This document shows positions 19,783-28,074 of a stretch of 64,000 bases of DNA, piece after piece (the stretch's first letter is position 1; each line of letters starts with the position of its first letter). The position numbers and the translations under genes are program-made. The DNA is from Acidimicrobiia bacterium. GTDB taxonomy: Bacteria > Actinomycetota > Acidimicrobiia > Spongiisociales > SHLN01. The notes under the pieces were generated by a model that did not search any database, was not told where the DNA came from, and saw only the letters and a list, made by a program, of their open reading frames with translations. Location of the stretch: NCBI GenBank assembly GCA_041619515.1, contig JBFKDW010000002.1, forward strand, positions 53,369-117,368. Direction: 5' to 3'.

Positions 19783-20744
19783 GCTATCGCGATGCCGTGG
19801 CCTACGGCATCGCCCAGGAGATGCGACGCGACCCGCAGCTGGTCATGCTGGGCGAAGACATCGGTCCCGCCGGAGGCGTGTTCAAGACCACCGTCGGCTT
19901 GATCGACGAGTTCGGGCCCGACCGCATCCGGGACACCCCCATCTCCGAACAGGCAATCCTCGGCGCCGCGATGGGGGCGGCCATGACCGGGATTCCGGTG
20001 ATCGCCGAGATCATGTTCTCCGACTTCCTGGCGGTGTGCTGGGACATCGTCGCCAACCAGATCGCCAAGAGCCGGTACATGACGGGCGGCCAGGTCAGCA
20101 TCCCGGTGGTGATACGCACCCTCAACGGAGGTGGATCCCGGTTCGGAGCTCAACACAGCCAGAGCGTCGAGAACTGGTGCATGATGATTCCCGGGCTCAA
20201 AGTAGTCGCTCCCTCGACGCCCGCCGACGTCGTCGGATTGATGGCGGCAGCGATACGCGACCCCGACCCGGTCGTCTTCTTCGAGCACAAGTCGCTGCTG
20301 GCGACGAAAGCGCACGTGCCGGACGGTGAGCTCGTGGACGAGCTGGGCACGGCCCGGGTGGTGCGGGAGGGCTCTGATTGCACCATTGCCGCTCTGGCTC
20401 TCATGGTTCCGAGAGCTCTCGAGGCCGCCGAGCGCCTGGCGGCCGACGGCATTTCGGCCGAAGTCATCGACGTGCGCTCGCTGGTGCCGCTCGACACCCG
20501 GGCGCTGCTGACATCGGTGGCCAAGACGAGTCGCTTCTTTACCGTGGAGGAGAACCCCCGGCTGTGCGGGTGGGGAGCAGAGCTGGCCTCGATCGTCGCC
20601 GACGAAGCCTTCTGGGACCTCGACGGCCCGGTGGTCCGCATCACAACACCGCATATCCCGCTCCCGTCCGCCGAAGCCCTGGAGGACATGAGCCTTCCGA
20701 GTGTCGACCGGATCTACGAGACCGTCCGCCAGTCGCACGATTGA
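19770..20744 (+). CDS. 2-oxoacid dehydrogenase E1 component, beta subunit (transketolase-like Pyr and C domains)
   Basis: E1 beta hallmarks (ISEQAILGAAMGAAMTGIPVIAEIMFSDF). ATG at 19770 overlaps the alpha-subunit stop. Confidence 0.85.
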   Translation: MAELSYRDAVAYGIAQEMRRDPQLVMLGEDIGPAGGVFKTTVGLIDEFGPDRIRDTPISEQAILGAAMGAAMTGIPVIAEIMFSDFLAVCWDIVANQIAKSRYMTGGQVSIPVVIRTLNGGGSRFGAQHSQSVENWCMMIPGLKVVAPSTPADVVGLMAAAIRDPDPVVFFEHKSLLATKAHVPDGELVDELGTARVVREGSDCTIAALALMVPRALEAAERLAADGISAEVIDVRSLVPLDTRALLTSVAKTSRFFTVEENPRLCGWGAELASIVADEAFWDLDGPVVRITTPHIPLPSAEALEDMSLPSVDRIYETVRQSHD

Positions 20745-20847
20745 CGCCGTGGCTGCTTGGGCTCCCCTCCGGGCGGATGAGGTCGGCAGGTGGCGGCCGG
20801 TGCCGGGCACACCGGATTTGGATAGGGTTCAGCTCGGAGGTGTGACC

Positions 20848-21318
20848 ATGGCCGACGAAGTGGCGTATCGCTCCGTGATCGAGGTAGAAAGGCTCCGGGG
20901 ACCGATGCGACGGGCCCGGCTCCCCGGGCGCGAGGCCGACGTGACGTTCGGAGTGCACGGCGCCATTGCCGAGCACTACGGCGTTTCCCCGTCCGACTAC
21001 CCACCGGACACCACCACCATCGACTATGTGGTGGCGGCCGCCGTTGGGTGACTGACCGGGACCCTCGGGGGCGCGCTGGAGGCGCGCGGAATTTCAGCAA
21101 GTGGAGGAGATCTGGTCTCGACCGGCGTAGGTGAGGTCGAGAAGGACGGCAAGGTATTGGTCATCCGACGCATCCACGTGACGTACCGTCTCAAGGACGT
21201 ATCCGAAGGGGATCGCCCCACGGTCGACCGGGTACACGGGTTTCATGCCGATTTCTGCCCGGTAGCCCGGAGCATCCGGGACTCGATAGAGATCACGACC
21301 GAAGTCGAATACGTTTGA
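20848..21318 (+). CDS. OsmC/Ohr family peroxiredoxin-like protein with an in-frame TGA at the conserved peroxidatic Cys position (candidate selenocysteine; alternatively a nonsense pseudogene)
   Basis: GGAGG SD 7 nt before the ATG at 20848. IDYVVAAAVG-TGA-LTGTLGG aligns with the OsmC ELLLAALGSC-TAMTV motif. The same frame continues to the second conserved Cys (FHADFCPV) and stops at 21318. 156 codons is typical OsmC length. Confidence 0.55.
21071..21087 (+). other. GC hairpin (6-bp stem GCGCGC, loop UGGAG) starting 20 nt after the in-frame UGA; possible bacterial SECIS-like element
   Basis: Pairs GCGCGC (21071-21076) with GCGCGC (21082-21087), leaving an apical loop that contains GG. Confidence 0.25.
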
Positions 21319-21362
21319 GCGCGGCCGGTGAAGGAGGCGGCAATGATGACGCGATCACGGTT

Positions 21363-21382
21363 CCGGGCCCTCGAGGGCCCGG
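21363..21382 (+). terminator. Perfect 20-nt palindrome CCGGGCCCTCGAGGGCCCGG (8-bp GC stem, 4-nt loop); terminator or attenuator hairpin between the OsmC-like gene and the peroxiredoxin gene
   Basis: Self-complementary sequence read directly. No U-tract follows, as is common in high-GC Actinobacteria. Confidence 0.35.
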
Positions 21383-21433
21383 CGCCGACGGTGATGCGAA
21401 GGGAAGGCTCAGACGGGTGTTGAGAGGAAGACT

Positions 21434-22081
21434 ATGACACTCGCAGAGGAGATGGCGGCCTTCGCCGCCCAAGGCCGCGCGACCCACAGTGCCGAGCGAA
21501 AGGCAATCTACGCCGGAGCCGCCGAGGCCCTCGCCGCAACAGACATACTGCAAACTGCGCTCGGGGTGGGTGATAGGGCACCCATGTTCGAGTTGCCCGA
21601 CGCGTTCGGCCACCAGGTGAAGCTGGCGGACCTTCTGGAGAAGGGTCCGGCGATCGTTTCCTTCTATCGCGGCTCCTGGTGTCCCTTCTGCAACATGGAG
21701 TTGCGCGCCCTGCAGCGCGAGGTTGCCTCCGCCGATGCCTGCGGGGCGACCCTCGTGGCGATCTCCCCCAACGTGCCCGACGAGTCCCTCGGCCTCATCG
21801 CCAAGCACGAGATCACGTTCCCCGTCCTGTCCGACCACGAGAACGTCGTCGCCAAGCAGTTCCACCTCGTGTATGAGATGGAACCGGCCATGGTCGCCTA
21901 TTACCGCCGCATCGGCCGGGACGTGGGGGCGATGAATGGATCGGAGGCCTGGGAACTACCGGTGCCCGCCACATACGTCATCGACAGAACGGGAGTGATC
22001 CGGTTTGCCTTCGTCGACCTCAACCATCGGGCGCGAGCCGAGCCGGCCGATGTGGTGGCTGCGGCCGCCGACCTCAGCTGA
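21434..22081 (+). CDS. Peroxiredoxin-like thiol peroxidase (AhpC/TSA redoxin family)
   Basis: Motif FYRGSWCPFCNMEL (WCPxC redoxin motif). SD GAGAGGAAG lies upstream. Confidence 0.8.
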   Translation: MTLAEEMAAFAAQGRATHSAERKAIYAGAAEALAATDILQTALGVGDRAPMFELPDAFGHQVKLADLLEKGPAIVSFYRGSWCPFCNMELRALQREVASADACGATLVAISPNVPDESLGLIAKHEITFPVLSDHENVVAKQFHLVYEMEPAMVAYYRRIGRDVGAMNGSEAWELPVPATYVIDRTGVIRFAFVDLNHRARAEPADVVAAAADLS

Positions 22082-22099
22082 CGTTGCGGCCGGGCTCGC

Positions 22100-23182
22100 T
22101 CAGGTGAACGGACGCCAGATTCGGTAGGGGTTGAGGTAGCCGGGCTCGCCCGGTTCCTTCAGGTAGCCCTCAATCTCACGGTCGGCGAACAGGGTCACCT
22201 CCTCGATGGGCGGGATCACCCCCGGCGGAAAGGTGTCGAGGATCTCGTCGATCAACAGACTCAGGTAGCGGAGGGCGGCGGCGACCGGACGACGGGCTTT
22301 GGCGGCCGATGCCAGCGTGGCCCGCCCCACCACGCCCACCGGCGTCGCCACCATCTCGAGGGGTGTGTTGTTGCGGACGCTCCACCACAGGTTGGGACGG
22401 CTCCGCTGGTTGGCGGACTTGTTGAAGTGACCGTCGGGGAGGTACCCGCCCGGGACCGTGTCAACCGCCCGGCTCATGTCGACCATTTCCGGCGCTAGGA
22501 GAAGCGCCAGGGACGTCTCCGCCTCGTCGGCGTGCACGAAATCATCCTCGAAGGGTCCGCCGCGATCGGTCGTCCGGAAGAACTCGCTCATAGCCGTGCA
22601 CCAATCGAAGGCGACCGCGAAGAACGGCAGCTCGGGATAGCGCAACGCGAACATGTCGATGGCGCCGGAGATCACCCAATGCTGGGCGTGGTTGTTGACG
22701 AAGATCATCTTGCGGTAGCCCTGGGACCACAGGCCGAACATCACGTCGACGAGCAGCATCTCCAGCACGCTCTGGCTGATGGGAATGGTCCCGATGAGGC
22801 CGATGTGGTGCTTCGGATGATTGCCGTACGGCCAGGGTGACTGGGCGAGCGCCACCTCCCTTCCCTGCTTGGCGGTGGCGCGCCGCACCGCCTCGGCCAG
22901 CCGGGTGACCTGCAGCGTGTCCTGGGCACTCACCGAGTGGGGCCCGTGCAGCTCGGTCGAACCGAGCGGAACCAGGACGATGTCGTTGTGTCGGCGCCGC
23001 TCGGCCAGCTCGCCGGGACGGGTGTTCTGGATATACGTGCCGGGGGTCTCCATCTCCCCCGGCGACGGGACCACATACTCGGCAAGGATCCGCTCGATAT
23101 CCTCGTCGGAGGATTCCCATATCTCCTGCTTCAGCCTCCCGACGGCCGTGTCTTCGAACTCCGGGGCGTGGATGAGGCTCAT
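22100..23182 (-). CDS. Creatininase-family amidohydrolase with about 100-aa C-terminal extension
   Basis: VLVPLGSTELHGPH matches the creatininase GSxEQHGPH metal and substrate motif. Start taken at MSLIHAPEF (23182). Confidence 0.65.
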   Translation of the reverse strand: MSLIHAPEFEDTAVGRLKQEIWESSDEDIERILAEYVVPSPGEMETPGTYIQNTRPGELAERRRHNDIVLVPLGSTELHGPHSVSAQDTLQVTRLAEAVRRATAKQGREVALAQSPWPYGNHPKHHIGLIGTIPISQSVLEMLLVDVMFGLWSQGYRKMIFVNNHAQHWVISGAIDMFALRYPELPFFAVAFDWCTAMSEFFRTTDRGGPFEDDFVHADEAETSLALLLAPEMVDMSRAVDTVPGGYLPDGHFNKSANQRSRPNLWWSVRNNTPLEMVATPVGVVGRATLASAAKARRPVAAALRYLSLLIDEILDTFPPGVIPPIEEVTLFADREIEGYLKEPGEPGYLNPYRIWRPFT

Positions 23183-24165
23183 GGACGCTCGCTTTCTCTC
23201 GTCGCGTTTCGGACTGTGTTGCTCTGCCCGGCCAGAATGGATGCGACGCCGTCCCGGGAGACCCCTTCGACGCATCCGACTGCGGTGGCCGCCGACGCCC
23301 CCACTGCCTGGGCGTGCAGCAGCAGTTCGGTCAGGTCGTCGGCTCCGAGATCCTCGAGCGCCGGGGGCTCGTGCTCGTGCAGGTAGCCGATCACGCCGGC
23401 ACAGAAGGCATCCCCGCAGCCGGTGGCATCGACGGCATCGACCCGAAAGCCGGGCTGGGCCACCCGACGGGTCTTCGTGAAGGCCTCCGCTCCCTGCTCG
23501 CCACCGGTCACGAGGACCAGGCTCACACCGGAGCCCAGGAACGCGTCGACCGCTTCCTCCAGCGTGTCTGCCCCCGTGTTGATGAGCGCCTCTCGCCGGT
23601 TGCAGTGCACGAGATCGACATGCGGAAGGACCTGAAGCAGGTAGCCGGCGGGGCGGTCTGGCCTCGGCTGCATGATGTCCAGCATCACCACCACGTCCCG
23701 CAGCGGAGCCAGAATGTCGCCCAGCGTCAGGTCGATGCCGGTATAGCCGGGCCGCACGGTGACGAGATCCGGCTGCCAGGTGCCGATGGCGGCGGAGACA
23801 TGGCCGGCCTCGAGGAGGCGATTGGCCCCGGGATCGAGATGGAACCGGCGATCCTGGCCCGCCACCTCCAGCACCAGGTTCCGGCCCGTGTCCTCCTCCT
23901 CCACCTCCTGCAGGAATGTGTGAATTTGGTACCGGTCGATGACCTCCCGAACGAAGGAGCCGAACAGCCCGGTCCCCACTGCGGCCACCACCGCTACCGA
24001 GTCGAGGGGGTGGCCGAGCTCAACGAGATCGATGGCGACGTCGATTGGATGGCCGCCGATGCGGGTGTCGACCGACGTGTAGAGCACCTCCCCCGGCTCT
24101 GCCACCTTCGGGAGCCCAACGGCCATGACGTCCACCATGATGGTCCCGACCGCCAGTACCCGCAC
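23179..24165 (-). CDS. PfkB-family (ribokinase-like) carbohydrate/nucleoside kinase
   Basis: C-terminal VDAVDATGCGDAFCAG anion-hole/catalytic motif and N-terminal VLAVGTIMVDV. GTG start sits 4 nt after the aldolase stop. Confidence 0.8.
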   Translation of the reverse strand: MRVLAVGTIMVDVMAVGLPKVAEPGEVLYTSVDTRIGGHPIDVAIDLVELGHPLDSVAVVAAVGTGLFGSFVREVIDRYQIHTFLQEVEEEDTGRNLVLEVAGQDRRFHLDPGANRLLEAGHVSAAIGTWQPDLVTVRPGYTGIDLTLGDILAPLRDVVVMLDIMQPRPDRPAGYLLQVLPHVDLVHCNRREALINTGADTLEEAVDAFLGSGVSLVLVTGGEQGAEAFTKTRRVAQPGFRVDAVDATGCGDAFCAGVIGYLHEHEPPALEDLGADDLTELLLHAQAVGASAATAVGCVEGVSRDGVASILAGQSNTVRNATRESERP

Positions 24166-24168
24166 TGG

Positions 24169-24753
24169 TCAGCCCCCTTCCTCGAGGGCCCTCTGGTGGG
24201 CCTCCACCAGCGCGCCGGTGTCGTCTATCGACTCGCCCCAGGCAACGATGCCGTGGTCGACCAGCACGAAGTAACGCGTAGCCGGGTGGCTGGTCAAGAA
24301 CCGCTCGATCTCCTCCATCGACTCACGGGTTCCGGCCTGGTAGTAGGTGGTGGTAGCCGGAACGCCGAGCCGCCCCTGCAACTCATCGAGGCGCCCGACG
24401 TGGAGGTGGAATATGGCGGCGGCGCCGGGGAGCTGTTCGTATACGGTGGCGTGAACCGCGGCATCGCGCGAGGGGTCGGCTGCGCCGCGAGATTCGACCA
24501 GGACCTCGCCCCGGGGAGGACGGTTAACGCCCGATACCAGCACCCAGTCCTCCGGCTCTATTGCGGCGAGCGCCACCCTCGTGCGGGTGATGAGAAAGCC
24601 GTCCGCGACCCGGCAGCTCAGGTTGCCCGACTCGCCTGGTGAGAGACCCGATCCTGCCAACCGTCTGCCCCAGGCGGCAAGCAGCTCCAGTCTTGGATCG
24701 CCCAGGAGCTCCTGCGGCAGAGGCCGACCGTCACGCCGGTGACCCACCCTCAT
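24169..24753 (-). CDS. Class II aldolase/adducin-family protein
   Basis: Motifs SPGESGNLSCRV and IFHLHV (GNxS.R, HxH). Start at MRVGH overlaps the ADH stop (ATGA). Confidence 0.65.
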   Translation of the reverse strand: MRVGHRRDGRPLPQELLGDPRLELLAAWGRRLAGSGLSPGESGNLSCRVADGFLITRTRVALAAIEPEDWVLVSGVNRPPRGEVLVESRGAADPSRDAAVHATVYEQLPGAAAIFHLHVGRLDELQGRLGVPATTTYYQAGTRESMEEIERFLTSHPATRYFVLVDHGIVAWGESIDDTGALVEAHQRALEEGG

Positions 24754-25847
24754 TGTGAGTTGGGCTGGATCAAAACCTTGAGAGCTCCGTCGAGGCGTTG
24801 GGTGAACGTCTCGTAGGCCGCCGCAAACTGCTGCAGGGGGAAGGTGTGGGTCGTGACGACGCCGACGTCCAGCTTGCCTTCGGCGATGAGAGGAATGACT
24901 TCGGCACAGGTCCCCGGATTGGCTCGCACTCCGAACAGGTCCATCTCCTCGAACACGATCCGCTGCAGGGGAAGCACACACGGTTCCAGCGGGACTCCGA
25001 TGAGGGCAACCCGCCCGCCCTTCCTCGTCATGGCGACTGCATCGGCCGGGGAATCTCCCCGGGCGGCCGTGTCGACGGTGAAATGCGCTCCTTTCCCATT
25101 GGTCAGCGCCCGCACTCCGTCCGGCCCGTCCCCGACGGAGTTGTCTACCACCTCAAAACCGAGCGTCTCGGCGGTCTTGAGGCGCTCTCCCCTCCCGACG
25201 ACGATGACCCGGGCTGCCCCCAACAGCTGAGCCAGCAAACCGGCCAGGATGCCCTGAGCGCCCGGCCCGATGATGGCGGCAGTCTCACCCGCACCCACAC
25301 CGGCCCGCTTGACGGCATGGAGCGCAATCGAGCTGGCGTCGACCAGGGCTGCTTGCTCGAGCGTCATGGCATCGGGGATCTTGAACACGCTCTTGATCGA
25401 CGTGTTGTGGTACTGACGCATGGCGCCGGTCGAGTAGTGACCGTAATGGTGGTGGCCGAGCTCCTCGTGCCCATAGTTGTCGCACAGGTTGTAGCGACCG
25501 ATCATGCACATCCGGCAGTATCCGCACCCGGCGTGGGCGGTGCCGGCGACACGGTCGCCGGGCCGAACACCAAGCTCGGCTGAGCCTTCGCCGGCCGAGA
25601 CGACAACCCCCGACCATTCATGCCCGGGGGTGTACGGATATCCTCGCGGCCAGCCCTTCTTGAGGAAGTTGCCGGAGATGATCTCCTTGTCCGTTCCGCA
25701 GATGGCGACCGAGTGCACTTCGCACACAACCTCATGGCGACCCGCTGCTGGAACCGCCACCGTCTGGATCTCGAACTCACCCGGGGCGAGGAGAACGAGC
25801 GCTTCCATGGTGGTTGGAGCGGCCCCGGTCGGCGCTATTGGGGACAC
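24750..25847 (-). CDS. Zinc-dependent medium-chain alcohol dehydrogenase (sorbitol/threonine DH-like); start may be the internal ATG at 25808
   Basis: Motifs CGTDKEI and GHEWSGVV, structural Zn Cys cluster CGYCRMC, Rossmann GPGAQG. Confidence 0.8.
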   Translation of the reverse strand: MSPIAPTGAAPTTMEALVLLAPGEFEIQTVAVPAAGRHEVVCEVHSVAICGTDKEIISGNFLKKGWPRGYPYTPGHEWSGVVVSAGEGSAELGVRPGDRVAGTAHAGCGYCRMCMIGRYNLCDNYGHEELGHHHYGHYSTGAMRQYHNTSIKSVFKIPDAMTLEQAALVDASSIALHAVKRAGVGAGETAAIIGPGAQGILAGLLAQLLGAARVIVVGRGERLKTAETLGFEVVDNSVGDGPDGVRALTNGKGAHFTVDTAARGDSPADAVAMTRKGGRVALIGVPLEPCVLPLQRIVFEEMDLFGVRANPGTCAEVIPLIAEGKLDVGVVTTHTFPLQQFAAAYETFTQRLDGALKVLIQPNSQ

Positions 25848-25978
25848 GGGCCTCCTTTGCGCTCGCGCTGACTCGGGCCGATCGTATCGAATGGTCGGTG
25901 GCTCGTCTCGGGGCTTTCGGCCTTAACCCCCCGGGCCCTGGGTTACACTCCAAGCCGTCCCGAAAGGTGCGGCAACGG

Positions 25979-26944
25979 GTGACGACACGTGTGGCGATTC
26001 TCGGCACCCGCTACCCCGACTTCTCGGTCGAAGAGGCACTGCTGTCTCCCTTTGGCGTCGAGATCGTTGCCGGCGAGGGCGCCAGCGCCGAGGAGATCGT
26101 CGAGGTCGCCGCCACCGCAGTCGTGATCCTCGCCGGGTCGCGGCCCCGCTTCACCGCCGAGGTGCTGGAACGACTCTCGTGCCGGGCCATCGTCCGCTAC
26201 GGGGTGGGGGTGGATTCAGTGGACCTCGCCGCCGCCGGCCGGCTCGGGATCGCAGTCGCACGCGTCCCTGATTACGGCACCGAGGCCGTGGCGGTCCACA
26301 CGGTGGCGTTGGCGCTGGCCGCTCTCCGCCAGATTCCCCTCGCCGATCGGTTCATCAAGGCCGGGGAGTGGGGATTCGGCGCCCTCCGGCCGCTCCACCT
26401 CCCGTCGGTGCTCACCGCCGGGATCGTCGGGTACGGTCGCATCGGCCGGGCCGTGGGGCGAATGATGCAAGCCATCGGCTTCGATCTCCTCGTACACGAC
26501 CCGCTCATCACGGACGCCGAGATCACACTCGTCTCCCTGGATGAGCTGCTCGCCGGGAGCGACCTCGTCACCCTTCATGCCCCCAGTGACCGCGCCGGTA
26601 CCGCGCTGTTGGACCGGGCCGCCCTGCGACGGCTTCGTGAGGGCAGTGTCCTGGTCAACACCGCCCGGGGATCGCTGATCGATCTGGAAGCACTGATCGA
26701 GGGCTTGCAGCAGAAGCGGCCTGCCGTGGCGGCTCTCGATGTGTTCCCGACGGAGCCGCCCGACCTCGACCATTTGCACGCGGTGTCCGATCAGGTCATT
26801 CTGACCCCTCACATGGCGTGGTACACCGAGGAATCGCAACTGGACCTGCGACGCAAGGCTGCCGGCGAGGTGGCCCGTGCCCTCCGGGGTGAGACATTGC
26901 TCAACCGGGTCGACCCCCGGTCATCCGAAGGCGGCACTGAGTGA
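25979..26944 (+). CDS. D-isomer-specific 2-hydroxyacid dehydrogenase (start approximate, GTG)
   Basis: Rossmann GIVGYGRIGRAVG plus the catalytic RGS..D/E...H pattern (NTARGSLID, LTPHMAWYT). Confidence 0.75.
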   Translation: MTTRVAILGTRYPDFSVEEALLSPFGVEIVAGEGASAEEIVEVAATAVVILAGSRPRFTAEVLERLSCRAIVRYGVGVDSVDLAAAGRLGIAVARVPDYGTEAVAVHTVALALAALRQIPLADRFIKAGEWGFGALRPLHLPSVLTAGIVGYGRIGRAVGRMMQAIGFDLLVHDPLITDAEITLVSLDELLAGSDLVTLHAPSDRAGTALLDRAALRRLREGSVLVNTARGSLIDLEALIEGLQQKRPAVAALDVFPTEPPDLDHLHAVSDQVILTPHMAWYTEESQLDLRRKAAGEVARALRGETLLNRVDPRSSEGGTE

Positions 26945-27696
26945 ACCGCTCCCTGTACGACCTCACGAGCCCGCAAGTCGCCGAGCTGATCGGACGAACC
27001 GGTGTGGCCGTGCTTCCCTTCGGAAGCACCGAGCAGCACGGGCCCCACCTGCCGTGCGGGACCGACACCATGGCCGCCGAGTTGATCGCTGCCGAGGTCG
27101 CTGAACGGGCCGATGGCCTGTACGTGCCTTTCGGGCCGTTCGGTGTCACGCCCATTCATGCCGGGCACCCGGGCACCGTCTCGCTGACCCGGGCGACCTT
27201 CGAGTCTCTCATCACCGATATCTGTGCCGAATTGATCGGCATGGGAGTGTCCCAATTCGTCTTCGTCAACTGGCACGAGGGAAACATCGCATCTCTCAAC
27301 GCCGTCGCCACCGAGCTCCAGTCCCGCCACGACGCCACCTTCATCGTCGCCAACGCGTGCTATGTGGCCCAGCGGGTCTACCGGGATTCGGGGGGCGAGC
27401 TCACCCACGGCGGTGGGATCGAAGCCCTCGCCATCCTCGCCTACGACGGGAGCCTGGCCCACATCCCGAGAGCGGGCGAGCCGACCCGCCCTCCTCGCGC
27501 CCACGCTCTCGATGAGATGCGGCGGTCACACGAGGTGTACGGATTCATCACCGACGTCACAGAGATCGACCCCGACGGCTGGTACGGCAATCCCCGGTGG
27601 GCAACCGAGGAGCGTGCCGGCGAGTTCACCGAGACCGTGGCGAGCGCAATCATGGAACGCCTCAACGGCATCCTCGAGCTGCGCGGTGGGTCATGA
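26941..27696 (+). CDS. Creatininase-family (creatinine amidohydrolase-like) cyclic amidohydrolase
   Basis: VLPFGSTEQHGPHLPCGTD is a near-canonical creatininase motif. 251 aa. GTGA overlap with the upstream gene. Confidence 0.8.
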   Translation: MNRSLYDLTSPQVAELIGRTGVAVLPFGSTEQHGPHLPCGTDTMAAELIAAEVAERADGLYVPFGPFGVTPIHAGHPGTVSLTRATFESLITDICAELIGMGVSQFVFVNWHEGNIASLNAVATELQSRHDATFIVANACYVAQRVYRDSGGELTHGGGIEALAILAYDGSLAHIPRAGEPTRPPRAHALDEMRRSHEVYGFITDVTEIDPDGWYGNPRWATEERAGEFTETVASAIMERLNGILELRGGS

Positions 27697-28070
27697 GCGT
27701 CGTCCGGGCGGCCGATCTCGACTTCAAGAGCCTCCCGGGCAGGCTTTCCGCCGATCCACTCGCGGGGATCGGCGCCGGGGAGCTGGCGGTGCGGGTGGTG
27801 AGCGTCGAGCCCACCACGAGCCGCAACCTCCACAGACACCCTCTCAGTCCGGAGGTGGTGTACGTGGCGGCGGGGCATGGGACGAACTGGCAAGGCGGCA
27901 CTGCCACCCGGGTCGGGCCGGGCGACATCGTTTGGATACCCACCGACGTTCCCCATGCCACCATCCCCGACCCCGGGTCGCGGCTCGAACTGGTCTGTTT
28001 TTTCCCGCATGGTGACCTGACCACCAACCTCGTGGAGCTGGACGAGACGGTATCGACTGAAAGAGAGTGA
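27693..28070 (+). CDS. Cupin domain protein (small, single domain)
   Basis: HRHPLSPEVVYVAAG...PHAT cupin motifs. ATGA-coupled to the creatininase gene. Confidence 0.6.
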   Translation: MSVVRAADLDFKSLPGRLSADPLAGIGAGELAVRVVSVEPTTSRNLHRHPLSPEVVYVAAGHGTNWQGGTATRVGPGDIVWIPTDVPHATIPDPGSRLELVCFFPHGDLTTNLVELDETVSTERE

Positions 28071-28074
28071 GCAC

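Noticed and set aside
18709-20744. Calling the E1 alpha/beta pair a complete pyruvate or acetoin dehydrogenase complex
   Set aside because: No E2 (lipoyl/acyltransferase) or E3 gene is present in the window, so the complex identity and substrate cannot be assigned.
21049-21051. Alternative explanation of the OsmC TGA as a frameshift or gene-fusion boundary
   Set aside because: The homologous sequence continues in the same frame straight after the TGA, through to the second catalytic Cys. That excludes a frameshift. Only Sec recoding, a nonsense pseudogene or a base-call error remain.
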